From contig OZ024740.1 in assembly GCA_964016885.1 (NCBI GenBank), forward strand, positions 50,220,001 through 50,284,000: a DNA stretch of 64,000 bases, in the 5' to 3' direction. Source of the DNA: Eledone cirrhosa. Its lineage: Eukaryota. The notes under the pieces were generated by a model. The model did not search any database and had not been told where the DNA came from. It saw only the letters and a program-made list of their open reading frames with translations. A program made the position numbers and the translations under genes. Each line of letters opens with the position of its first letter. Position 1 is the first letter of the stretch. This document shows, in pieces, positions 28,558-42,094 of this stretch.

Positions 28558-30400
28558 CACAAAATACACAGGAGACACAAAATGTAATAAAAATTGTTAA
28601 TTTAACCTCTAAAGAATTAACAGACCAAATCAACATACTCTCCAAGGGTCTAAAATTTACACCAACTCCCCAACAACCAAACTACCCCGAAATGAAGGAA
28701 GATATTGCAGAATTCTGTAGAAAACTACGACTCAGCGAGCAACTATACGACAAACACAATGAGGATGACTCAATAGCCAGAAATAGAAGCAACTACACCC
28801 CACCAAAAGGCAAGAACAAATTCCTCGATCAATTCTGCGAACACATTACTAATTACCCATACCACCACTTACACAGACATAAACAAAAACCAAACCTAAG
28901 CAAAAAAGAATGGAATGGTCTTAACAGTCTAAAAAACGACAAAACCCTAACAATCAAAGAGGCAGATAAAGGGAGTGCAGTAGTCCTTATGGGGACAGAT
29001 TATTACACGACTCTAGTACGCTCAACTCTAGAAAACCAAACATATTATGAAAAGGCCCTACACTACACACAACAGAAAGCAATGAGAAACCTAAAATACC
29101 TAACAACCCTTTACAAAGAAGGCCTTACAGACAAGGAATACAACTACATCACCAATTTCAAAAGCAAAACCAGCCTCTTCTACGGTATCCCAAAGACACA
29201 CAAAAGCGAAGTAATAGGTAGAGCCTGCAAGCAAGCCACAGACATTTACATCAATATAGCCCCTCCTGATGACCTTAAATTAAGACCCATAATAGCAGGT
29301 ACCACATGTGAAACCCACCGCCTAAGCAACTTCCTAGATATTCTGCTTAAACCTTTCCTAAAACATATAAAAAGCTTCATAAGGGACAACCTTGACATGC
29401 TCAACCACCTCCCAACAACACTCAATAATGAACATACCCTACTAGTAACCTTTGATGTCATCAATTTATATTCCAATATCCCACACAACCTCGGTATAGA
29501 GGCAATACAATTCTGGCTTGAAAATTTCCCTAGTGAACTCCCACAGTGCATCCCTTAAGAATTTGTGTTGGAGGGACTCAAATTCATCTTGAAAAACAAT
29601 TTCTTCGAATTCAATGCCAAATACTACAGACAGAAATCTGGGACTGCCATGGGCACTAAAGTAGCCCCCTCATACGCCAACCTTGTCATGAGATATTTGG
29701 AAACAACTCTCTACCGCAAAGTTCTAGACAAATACGGCAACCACTTCTACCAACACATAGAAAATAACTGGAAAATATATCTGGACGACTGCTTCATCCT
29801 CTGGCATGAAAGTATAGATAGACTGATTGAGTTTAAAACCCTTCTGAATGGACTCAACACAAACTTACAATTCACAATGGATTACAGCCTTTCCTCGACA
29901 TCCTCATCAAGAAAACAAACAACAAAATAGAACCAAACATATACTACAAACCCACAGACTCCAAACAATACCTTCCATTCAACTCGTGCCACCTTAGACA
30001 CACCAAAATGGCAATTCCTTATAACCTAGCCAGAAGGATCTGCACAATAGTTTCAGATAAATACACATGCTACACACGACTAGAAGAATTAAAAAACACA
30101 CTTATCAGCAGAAACTACCCACCTTCCCTAATCAACAATGGATTCCAACGTGCCCTAAAACTCGACAGCCAGGAACTCAGACACCCCAAACCCAGGAATG
30201 AACCGCAACAGAAAACTCTACCATACATCTCCACACACAACCCCTTCAACAATGAAGCATTCGACACCATCCTCCAGAACATTCCTTTACTAAAAAGAGA
30301 CCCAAGAATGAACAAAATCCTCCAAACACAACATCATAAAGAGCAAAAGACAACCTAAATCCATAAAAAACATCCTCACACAAGCCAAAATCCAACAAAC
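28515..30400 (+). pseudogene. PLE reverse transcriptase and thumb, disrupted
   Basis: Frame open from 28515. In-frame TAA at 29556-29558, frameshift/deletion near 29890, thumb YYKPTDSKQYLPFNSCH..IPYNLARRICTIVSD, further frameshift near 30330. Confidence 0.9.
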
Positions 30401-30407
30401 CCTCACA

Positions 30408-30839
30408 ATGAACCCTACAGTAACAAAATGTGGAAGGCCCAACTGTGGCATATGCATAAATCTAATAGAAGGTTCAACATTCTATTTTAAACAAGGACAA
30501 CATTTCACAGTTAAACACAACTTTACATGTGCATCTGAAAACCTAATCTATGTTTTGACCTGCTCAGGTTGTCAAGAGCACTACATAGGACAGACAAAAA
30601 ACAGCCTCCGACAACGTATGACCGTCCATAAATCACAAATCAAAATACAGGAATACAGAAAGATTGTGTTTGGGGAACATATCGCCAATTGTGCACCCAA
30701 CCAACATCCAAACTTTAAAATTTCCCCCATTTACAAATTCATAGACAACGCTACTTTCATCCATCGTACCAATAAGGAAACGTATTTCATTAACAAATTC
30801 CAACCTCTACTTAATGCACTAAACTTCGAACTAAACTAA
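30408..30839 (+). pseudogene. PLE GIY-YIG endonuclease with Cys-rich linker
   Basis: CGRPNCGIC linker; LIYVLTCSGCQEHYIGQT..LRQRMTVH..EH; terminal E..FINKFQPLLN. Confidence 0.92.
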
Positions 30840-31149
30840 ACCTGGAACGAACAATCAAACATTTAAAAATACTTGTCTCTCTAAAGAGTTACCTCCCTCA
30901 CACCCTACCTAATCCTTTTTCTTAAATAAATTAAATATCATCCAGCATGAATTACTCCCCCCCCCCCCTGCATATTTACTCTCTAAAAAGGGAAATCATA
31001 TCAAACCCCAGTCCACCATTTGCCTCTATCATGGATCAACTAAGCACCTTGCTATATTAACACATTTTGATCTGCTTATCTTCAATAACTATGCCTGTAA
31101 ATAACATTATTTTTTCTTTCCCATTGACTTATGCTCCACATTACGCCCC

Positions 31150-31464
31150 TTTTTTTCTTTTTTCTTTTTTCTTTTTTCTTTTTTCTTTTTTCTTTTTTCT
31201 TTTTTCTTTTTTTTTCTTTTTTCTTTTTTCTTTTTTCTTTTTTCTATTTTCTTTTTTCTTTTTTCTTTTTTCTTTTTTCTTTTTTCTTTTTTCTTTTTTC
31301 TTTTTTCTTTTTTCTTTTTTCTTTTTTCTTTTTTCTTTTTTCTTTTTTCTTTTTTCTTTTTTCTTTTTTCTTTTTTCTTTTTTTTTTTATTTATTTATTT
31401 TTTTCTTTTTTATTTTTTTTTTTTATTTATTTATTTATTTTTTTTTTATTTTTTTTTTTTTTTT
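31150..31464. repeat. (TTTTTTC)n / T-rich tract within the PLE 3' UTR
   Basis: 7-bp periodic T-rich run grading into (TTTA)n. Confidence 0.95.
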
Positions 31465-31552
31465 CACTTCATAAACCTTGTTTGTAAATAACATTATTCT
31501 TTCTGCACCATTTCTTTAACATGTCCAACACCACCATTCTACACCAATACAT

Positions 31553-31607
31553 ATTATCATTTGATAATGCATAAAAATGCTGAAACCGGTAATAGACAAT
31601 TAATAAA
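31553..31607 (+). ncRNA. Degenerate minimal type-I hammerhead motif plus polyA signal at the PLE 3' end
   Basis: TTGATAA (U3:A8 core variant), gcat-aaaa-atgc stem II, GAAAC-CG-GTA with palindromic ACCGGT, imperfect stem I (attatcat / atagacaat), AATAAA at 31602. Confidence 0.55.
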
Positions 31608-31787
31608 TATATAAATAAATAAATAAATGCCATTGTTAATTAATAAATAAATCAACTAATACCTTAACACTTACACAAAGTAAAATATTTTGTTTTAATC
31701 ATTTTCTAACCCAGAAAAAAGAGAGAAAAAAATACAAAAGGGGAAAAATATTTTTCTTCTTCCTAATAATCGTCTTTTTCTCCCTGT

Positions 31788-32436
<649 letters not shown>

Positions 32437-32468
32437 ATGTGTGTGGGGGGGGGGGGGGGAGTATGTAT

Positions 32469-33600
32469 GTGGATGTGGTATATCTCGACTTTGCAACGGC
32501 CTTCGATAAGGTTGATAATGAAATGACGTGTCACAAACTACGTGATCTTGGCATAGTTGAGAAACTAAAAGAGTGGCTGCATAACTTTTTAAAATACTGA
32601 AACCAGACCTTGCAGCCAATAGAGCCCTCTCAGAGGAAACATTAATAGGGAGTGGAGTCCCTCAGGGAACTGTATTGTTGATTATGATGGCCCTCTCTCT
32701 TATATGTCCTCGATTTTCCAGGCAGCTGCTCATACTAGCTATGCTTACAGCGAGATTTAGATGCCATATACACATAGGCCGAAGGAAGCAACATGCTTTT
32801 AATGTCGGAAATTTTCAAGGACACCATTATCAACCTCTTAACACAAACACACTACAACAAAAATATGTTAGACCAGGAAGGAGTGAAATCCTGAGTTAAA
32901 TCACAGCGTGACCTGGGAATTGATATGAGTAATTGTGTGTCGTGTCTTGCACATATCACCAATGTGGCGACATCAGAACAAAAGATCAGTAAACTATGTT
33001 GGTCTTGTGGTGGATTTTTGTCCTCAAGCGCTTGGACTTTTGTTCTATGCTATGGTCACTCCACTGTATAAAATTAACTATGAAACTTGAAGCAATTCAA
33101 CGAGTCTACAATAAGGAGATCGACTAAATAAAAAGTCTAAGCTACTGGGAACAGTTGAAAGAATTGAGTCTCTACTCCCTGGAGAAAAGACGGGAGAGAT
33201 GTGCAGTGATTTATATAGAGAAGATACTGGAAGGTTAGCACTAAACTTTGACGTTGAGTACGGAAGAAACCCCGAATAGGACGTAATATCAAAGGTCCCA
33301 CCCTCTACATCTAGAGTAACAACCAAATAGCTTGGGGCTCAAGAGACTCAGCTTTTAATATGCTGCCAAAAACATCGAGGGATTTACATGGAGTGTATGC
33401 AGACATTTTCAAAAAACATCTCGACATTCTGTTATCTAAGATACCATATGAGCCTACAACACGTCAAAAAACACAAATGATAACGACAGTGTCAAGCTAT
33501 CTCATTCATCAACGACCAGCCGAAGAAGGACGGCTATATAAAGTGTAGCAGCATTGACAGTGCCCCAGCATGGCCTCAACCCATCGGTTGAAACAAGTAA
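32469..33600 (+). mobile_element. Decayed CR1-like LINE RT fragment
   Basis: Frameshifted motifs [68 protein letters not shown]. Confidence 0.8.
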
Positions 33601-34796
33601 AAGTGTGTGGTGTGGTGTGGTTTGGTGTGGGGGGGGTTCAATACTGAAAAAATACATGTACAGACTTTACATTAAGTTTCATTAAATATTTATAGTCTCT
33701 AGGGGGTATTTTTTATCGTCGAAATAAAGAAGCTTTTTATTTATTAGTATCTTAATTTCTAACCTGGGGGTTACTTTAAAATGGGGTAAAAAATATGTTC
33801 TCTGACATGTGGGAAAGATTTGGTGCAAACGGATATTGATAAAATGGAACGTTGATAAACACTGCTCTATGTTTTACTCTGTACACCAGATGCAAGATAG
33901 GGTCTAGAATTTTATCATGCAGCTAGTGCATTAAAGTTGTCAGATATAATTTAAGGTCGAGTCAACGGAAGAGCCTTTACCTGGCCATTGTAACTGCTAG
34001 AAATAACAGTAAAATTCCCTCTTTAAACTAAGATACAATGGTCATAGCTAGAATTCTGGAATCACAAGGCTGCTTAGTCAGAGTTGACATGGAGTTAAAC
34101 AACTACAATAGAGTGGAAATTCAGAATTAACTAAATGATTGCAATAAAGTGGATTTCGTTAAAGACATCCAGGAACCAAGTGGTAGTTTTAACAAGGCGA
34201 CGGATTAAATCATTCGACCAGATTTAGTTGTCGTCCTTTACAAAAAGATATTATCTTATGGCTGGAAGAATAATACAACAAATTATGATATGTCTGCAAT
34301 TATTGGTTGCTACAATCAGCCATTTACAGTCTGGAACATCAAGCGATATTTTATCAAATATAACAACGGATATAAACGTGTATGTATTGTAATTGCTGTG
34401 TTATTTTATTGCGGCGTTGTCCAATAGATTGCATGTCCGAGAGCTTTGACTCATATATTGATAACTGTAATATCTTTTCAAATAAATATTGACCAACTGA
34501 TACAGAGTAGTTCAATATTTCTCCACATGCTATTTTTTCTGAGCTAAGAATCCCTGTAGTTTAAGTAGTCTATCAAGGAATGAATAGTCCAAACATAAAC
34601 ATTGCATTGGGAATTATATAAAATATCAGAGAAAAGGAGAAGAAACAAATTAGAGATACGTAATAACACTGTCGGGAAAAATTTAATGATTAACGATTTG
34701 GCGTTTCTCGAAGCCATATGTTTGGTTTATTCCATCGGACTAACATATTTGGCTTTATGTTTATTGATTTGACTTCAACATCAAGTGGATATTATC

Positions 34797-34980
34797 GGTG
34801 AATTGGCAGTATCGGTAGAGGGTTGGACGTCATGCTTTCTAGCATAGTTACGTCCCTTTACAGTCTGAGTTCAAATCCCGCCAAGGTTAACTTTGCCTTT
34901 CATCCTTACGGGGTCGATAAAATAAAGTACCAGTAATGTACTGGTTATTGCTGGCCTTGTGCCTAAAGTAGAAACAATTA
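34797..34980 (+). mobile_element. tRNA-derived SINE with a MetaSINE-like central domain
   Basis: B-box-like gagttcaaatcc followed by gcctttcatccttacggggtcgataaaataaagtaccagt; resembles abundant octopus SINEs from memory. Confidence 0.7.
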
Positions 34981-35366
34981 TTTCCTTGTCATAACAATGA
35001 AAGAAATCGTCTCAAATATTAGCGTCAGATAATTTGATTTGTTGAAGTTTTACAATCGGAATTTATTCGTAGCAGGGAAATAACAAGTTCCTATCTAGTC
35101 AAAAAAAGACATGCATCGTCATATATTTAAGAGGTTCCCTTCGTAATTATGTGGTTGCAAGTACAACCCCATTGTGATATCATTGAACAAGTGACTTCTA
35201 TCATAGCCTCCAGTGGACCTAAGTATTTGAGTGGAATTCGGTTAACAGAAACTGTGCAGAAGCCTGTTAAATATGTACATACATATGCACACAGGCACAA
35301 ATTCACAGGCACACAAACACACACACACACACAAACACACACACAAACACACACACACACGCACAT

Positions 35367-35408
<42 letters not shown>

Positions 35409-35409
35409 T

Positions 35410-38400
35410 TATATTTAAATTTAAGATGAATACTATCTCCGACAGTAATGCCACAACTACAGTCATGTTGAATAACAGGTTATTCTTCTAACTATATCCA
35501 CTGAAGACACCTTTTATTCGAATTCGTAGAGATATCCGACTAAATACATAATTCATTTTACAAGGATTTGCTACAAATAGCATGGCTGACCACAACATCA
35601 ACAACAACAATATCAGTGGAATACCGAAGAAAAACGAGAAAGGTAAACAAAATGTATTCAGTTGTAGCTACAGAAGAAACCGAAATTATAAATCGCATTT
35701 CTCGTGGAGTTGCGAACTTAATGATGATTTATTTAATTGTTATAAAATGGCAAAAAACAATCCCTCCATTGGCTATATGAACAGAATGAAACTACACTGG
35801 GACGAAATACATCCAGAGCTAAATCACTTCACAGCGAAACAATTACGCCAACAAGCGACGTTTGTTGAACGTAAAAATAAGATAAATATTATTAATTGTA
35901 AGTCCCCCACAACAAACATGTTATCAACAACACGTGCTACAGGTCGCCATGCTACTAGACTTCCTAGCAGCCAGGTCGAACAGCGCCTTGAAACAACCAT
36001 GCCTGTAAGAAACTTGACAGCACGTGTACCATCTAAGTCTACCTCGAATGTTGGGGAAAACACTACCGATAATAATAATAATCGAAGAAATAATAATAAT
36101 AATCGAAGAAATTTGACACCACGTGTACCATTTGAGTCTACCTCGACTATTGTGGAAAATACTATCGACAATGTTAATAATCAAAAGTATAAACAATTGA
36201 AAATGTCCCTCAACGAAATTCATGTATAAATATCTCGTTTGCTGAACGTATTAAAACAACAATATTTAATTTAAAAAAATAAAAATAAAAAAATAACAAA
36301 AAAATAACGTGTTATTGACGAAATGGGGGATGAATATTTACGACGGATAAAAACCCCAACATTTTGGCAAATCAACGCCTGTTTATATGCCTTAGCAACG
36401 AAAGTGAAGTATTATCTTGGTGATAGCAGAGATATTAACAAGAACAAAACACCACCAAAAATACCATCATATATAACTAAAATAGATAAAAAGATTGCTG
36501 ACCTACGAAAAACCATAGGATATGTGACAATGCTCCGTACATGCAAACAAACACAAAAAAACCTCACTCCTCACCAACAAAGAGTGAAAAATAAAATAGA
36601 GACGATGTTTGGTAACAGTAGAACCAGAACTCTCCAATATAAGCTGATCACCCTCAAACAAGAATTGAGAGCTGTTAGCGAAAAACGCCGATACCTGAAG
36701 AAGGTAGATGAGAGAAAAGTGCTTAATAAAAGATTCAGACGAAACCAAACATCAGTCTATAGAGATATGAAGGGCAAAAAACTACCGACCCATTGCATCC
36801 CAGAAAGACATAGATTCCTTTTGGAGAAAAATATGGAGTGAAAAGAAGAATTTCAACCAAGATGCAGTGTGGCTAAAAGAAATTCGAAAGAACTATTGCT
36901 CCTACACTACAACAAAAACATACGAAATAAGTGAGGGTACTCTTGCGACTGTGATAGGAAAACTCCAAGATAAGAAAACACCAGGAAGAGACATAATTGT
37001 CGGCTACTGGTACAAAAAACTGATATTCTATCGGAGGTATCTTACTGACCTCTACCAACAAGTTCTTAAGGGAGATACACTTATACCAGAATGGTTGACA
37101 TTAGCACAAACATTACTGGTCCACAAGAACAAAGACACCCACTTGGCAAAAAACTACCGACCCATTGCATGCCAGAACCTGATGTATAAGATGTATACAG
37201 CCTGCCTGAGCCTATTCCTCCAAGATCACTGTGAAAATAATAACATTATCACAGATGAACAAGCTGTAAAAACTGCGATGAGGGAGGCCCTCCAACTTGC
37301 TAAAGTCCCAGACATTATTATCAGAGCCATAGAGAAGCTGTCTTCTTCTTGGGCTACTATCCTAAAGTTAAAGACAGAGAAGGACTCTATTTTCACTGAT
37401 AAAATAAAATATCGCAGGGGTATATTTCAGAGAGACAGTCTCTCTATGATATTATTCATCCTGTCATTAAACTCCTTGTCCTTTCTGCTCAAGAAATGTG
37501 AAGGGTACATCATTGGCTCACGGGAGGACAGAAATACGAACCTAACCCATAATTTCTTTGTGGATGATCTGAAACTCGATGCCAAGAACATGGATGGGAT
37601 GAAGAAAAATCTTGACCTGGTTACAGCGTTCTCAAAGGATATAGGAATGGAGTTTCGCCAAGAAAAATGCTTATATATGACTGTAAAGCGGGGAAAAACA
37701 ACAACCCAATCTAGCAACATTGTCATCAATGGCCTAACTCTTTCACCGATATCTGATGAGGACTGCTACAAATACCTGGGGATAGATGAGGACATATCCT
37801 ATAATGGTATCTGTAATAAGGAACGCGTAACCAGGGAATACTACACCCGATTAAGAAAGATATGGTCATCGGAACTCTCTGCGCAAAACAAAACAGTGGC
37901 TCACAATGTGTTTGCTGTGCCTGTCCTAACACCAACGTTTGGAATACTCAATTGAACGATAGACGAAATCCGAGCAGTTGATGTTAGAACTCGAAAAATA
38001 CTAAACAACACCGGAAACTTCCACATCAACAGTGACATAGACCGCTTTTACTTAAAACGTAAGCAGAGAGGCAGAGGCCTAACATCAGTCCAGACAGCAT
38101 TTGAATGTCGCATCATATCTCTCCGACAACATCTACGAACCTCAAAGTGTAGGAGCCCGTCTCTCGAGCCAGTCTATCTGCATAAGATCATGAGAGTTTG
38201 GAAGGAACTCCTCGAGAGATATTCCCTGTGGAATGATCAAAAACTCACACTCAGGGAAGTCGCTCAGCAGTATCGCAGTGAATCCATGGATGAAAAACTG
38301 CATGCTTATCAGCAAAAAATCATGCATGGATATGTTGCCAGGAAGCTCCAGAGTGAGAGTAATATAGATAAGGAAAGTAGTCTATCTTGGACCAACAACC

Positions 38401-39340
38401 GCTATATTGGCTCCCACTTTGAAGGATACGCTTTTACAATCCAAGAACATGAAATTAACACGAAATACCTGATTCACAAAAGAGATAGGGATGCAGGCAA
38501 AACACCTAGATGTGATAACAAGTGCAGACTCTGCAGAACTAACATCGAGGATATCACCCATGTCATCAGCAGCTGTCCAAAGATGTCATCGCGGTACTAT
38601 CTACCTATGAGGCATGATGTAGTGGCCAAAAACTGTACAATGCAGTTCGTAAAAAAGATAGCCCCGATAATAAACACATTAAAAGCTACAGCAATGTGGA
38701 AGACATCCATGTACATAATATGAAAGAGTACTGGTGGAATGTTCCTGTAAAAAAAAAACAATAAAATGCAGGCATAACAGACCAGATATAACGATGTGGG
38801 ACAGAGAAAAGAAGGCATGCACAATAGTGGAAATTAGCTGCCCAGCAGATGCCAATATAATATCAAATATTAGCGAAAAGAAGAATATCTATACAGAACT
38901 AATGAGAAATCTACAGACACTCCACCTTGACTATACGTTCAGATTTATGCCTGTGATTATTGGGGCACTGGGATATGTTAGTAACTGCCTCAATACAAAT
39001 TTTCTTGAGAAGCTAGGCTTCACAGGAATTGAAAGAACACAACTAGTTAGAAATTACAAGTACAATCCATTAATGGAACAGTAAAAATATGTAAAACATT
39101 CCAAAAATGTTGCATCTAATAACTGCATATACACATGTACAGATACAAAGCATATATACATGCACACATACAACTCAAAACATACACATCCACACATACA
39201 ATAACATCCATATCTACACATACATACAAATCTACCTAGTTGATGTTGTGTAAATTCCAATGAGAGAGTCTTGTGTCTATGTTAGAAACCGACTCTCTCT
39301 CTATTGGGAAAAAATTTGTGAAATTATAAAACCAGAAGAT
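35410..39340 (+). mobile_element. R4/Dong-like RLE non-LTR retrotransposon, near full length but decayed
   Basis: N-terminal W..LFNCY..GYMNRMKLHW..P domain; KTPGRD, NYRPIACQNLMYK, GIFQRDSLS, FVDDLKL, YKYLGI; CRLC..H..C zinc knuckle; RHD; RPD..E RLE motifs. Several stops and frameshifts, and an internal RT deletion near 37265. (CA)n lies upstream and CATAC.. downstream. Confidence 0.9.
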
Positions 39341-39355
39341 CATACGTACATACAT

Positions 39356-39555
39356 GACGGCTGCCTCGTTATCGAGTATGGCCATTGCATGATATACCAT
39401 TATTAGTAATTATCAATTAATGCCATCGTGCAATGCCTGTGCGTGAAGGTTATTTTTAAAGTGAGGAATGACTGTGAACTGAGCCAATCCCACTCTCTGA
39501 GCGACAGTAGCTATAACCCGAAAAGAAGAAAAGATCAACAACATCGATAACTACA
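39356..39555 (-). mobile_element. Diverged, internally deleted relative of the ~605-bp retroposon
   Basis: Shares ggctgcc..ctcgtt.tcgagta.ggcca, gcaatgcctgtgc.gtgaag, tcccactctct and aaaagaagaa with 40411-40740. Confidence 0.7.
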
Positions 39556-40126
39556 AAATATTAGTTGTAATGTGCGCAATTGTCATGTGTGACCCTCAGA
39601 CAACACATATGTGACCCCTGTGGCCCTGTGGGCATCCTCAGTTTGACATGGCTGCTGTATAGTATGCAACTACTGCTCGATCAGGGCCAACTCAGGGCTA
39701 AACAATAACTAGATAGATATCTGTAAAAGTGTTAAAATACAGAAAACAAATTGAGTCTGCCATTTCATATATTCATTAAAATTTGCAACTAGACCAAACC
39801 TAACCAAAGATCTTAAAACTGCGAACATTAGTATGAAGATTTCCTTATTTAATAAAAATGTGAGAAAGCACGAAATGGAAATACATTGTTTATGAAAATA
39901 TATGAAAAATACAGATAGGAATGCATAAATAGAGTTTTAAAGAACAGCAAGTTAGGAACGATAATATAAGAGATTAGTTTCTAGAACTGAATAAAGAAAC
40001 AAGCATTTGGGGAGTTAATCCAAATAAACATATCAATAAATACATTGAGAGAAAACTAGTATACGCAATCACTCACAAATATATATGTATACACAGGCAA
40101 ATACATACCCGTGCATATGTGTATAC

Positions 40127-40173
<47 letters not shown>

Positions 40174-40410
40174 TATACATACATACACATATACACATAT
40201 ATACATACATACACATATACACACATATACATACATATACATACATATACATGCATATACATACATACACACATATATACACACATACATACATATATAC
40301 ATACATACACATGTATGCATATATACATGTATATATACATATACATACATATACACATATGCATGTATATACATATATATATACATACACACACACATAC
40401 ATACATATAT

Positions 40411-40811
40411 GGTGGCTGCCAACTCGTTTTCGAGTACGGCCACTACTTTATATCCATGTAGGAGAACCCCTACCGATGCGCTGAACGAGTGTGACTTTTT
40501 AGTCCAGCCAGCGACTTGAAAACTCTGGTACAAACACTACACTTTTGACAATTATTGACACATAGTGCTGGGCCCATGGTACCATGTGACGACAAGTGCA
40601 GAGAGATCTCCAGATACAAAGCAATGCCTGTGCCGTGAAGCTTTTATAGTGAGCAAAGGCACTGCACAAAGCCAGTCCCACTCTCTTAACCAAGATGATA
40701 TTTACCAAAAGAAGAACAAGTCAACATCATTGGATACCATCAGGGTTGCAGGTGTTATATCAGAGTTTTCCTTCTCCTAGAATTCTGCCTTGACAAAGGC
40801 TAAGGGGTCAT
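40411..40811 (-). mobile_element. ~605-bp non-coding retroposon, copy A (lacks the first ~205 bp)
   Basis: Reverse complement of about 41676-42076. Confidence 0.85.
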
Positions 40812-40941
40812 ATATATATATATACATACATATATATATACATACATATACACATACATACATATACATGTATGTATATACATACATATACACATACATA
40901 CATATACATGTATGTATATACACATATATACATATATACAC

Positions 40942-40972
<31 letters not shown>

Positions 40973-41387
40973 CACATACATACATATATATACATATAAA
41001 TACATATATACATACATACACATACATACATACACACATACATACATATATATATATATACATATATACATACACACATACATATACATATATACACACA
41101 TATATATACACATGTACATACATATATACACACATACATACACATATACATACATAAACATATACATACATACATACATACATACATACATACATACATA
41201 CATACATACACATATACATACATATACATATACATATACACACATACATACATACACACATATATATATATACATACATACATATATATATACATACACA
41301 CATATACATATATACACATTATTATGTATATATTATATGTATATATATGTATGTATGTGTATATATGTATGTGTATATATGTATATG

Positions 41388-41419
<32 letters not shown>

Positions 41420-41470
41420 TGTATGTATGTATGTATGTATGTATGTATGTATGTATGTATGTATGTATGT

Positions 41471-42076
41471 CAGGTCACCAGTTGGTGCTACTGGTAACAT
41501 GTATCCCAGTACAACCTGTCCCATGGTCGGGTCGTTGGCGACTAAACTGGCAACCCCACCAAGGTTTCTTGGTGAGGAGGGTGACTTTGGACATCCTGCA
41601 GGACTAAAAACAAAATCTGTCAAAGGGAAAAGGAACTCTTAAGAGTCAATGGCCATCCAAAATCACCGGGAGAGATGACCCCTTAGCCTTTGTCAAGGCA
41701 GAATTCTAGGAGAAGGAAAACTCTGATATAACACCTGCAACCCTGATGATATACAATGATGTTGACTTGTTATTCTTTTTGGTAAATATCATCTTGGTTA
41801 AGAGAGTGGGAATGGCTTTGTGCAGTGCCTTTGCTCACTATAAAAGCTTCACGGCACAGGCATTGCTTTATATCTGGAGATCTCTCTGCATTTGTCGTCA
41901 CATGGTACCATGGGCCCAGCACTATGTGTCAATAATTGTCACAAGTGTAGTGTTTGTACCAAAGTTTTCAAGTCGCTGGCCGGACTGAAAAGTCACACTC
42001 GTTCAGCGCATCGGTAGGGGTTCTCCTACATGGATATAAAGTAGTGGCCGTACTCGAAAACGAGTTGGCAGCCACC
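41471..42076 (+). mobile_element. ~605-bp non-coding retroposon, copy B
   Basis: caggtcacc...gcagccacc flanked by (TGTA)n; highly similar to copy C. Confidence 0.88.
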
Positions 42077-42094
42077 ATGTATGTATATATATGT

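Larger units (their letters stand above)
28095..31791 (+). mobile_element. Penelope-like retroelement (RT + C-terminal GIY-YIG; Naiad/Neptune-like), decayed, flanked by (TA)n
   Basis: PLE motifs IVNLTSKELT..LSKGLKFTPTP, IKEADKG, FYGIPKTHK, LRPIIAG, FDVINLYSNIP, GTAMGTKVAPSYANL, YLDD, then GIY-YIG. The 3' end has a hammerhead-like motif plus AATAAA. Confidence 0.93.

Noticed and set aside
28515-30839. Selenocysteine (UGA) recoding as reported for some Naiad PLEs
   Set aside because: The in-frame stop seen is TAA and the conserved Cys codons are TGT/TGC; no in-frame TGA was found.
41471-41610. Twister- or HDV-like ribozyme at the 5' end of the 605-bp element (gtccca..cggg..gaggg; ctaa)
   Set aside because: Motif fragments are present, but I could not assemble the required P1/P2/pseudoknot pairings by eye; it needs a covariance-model search.
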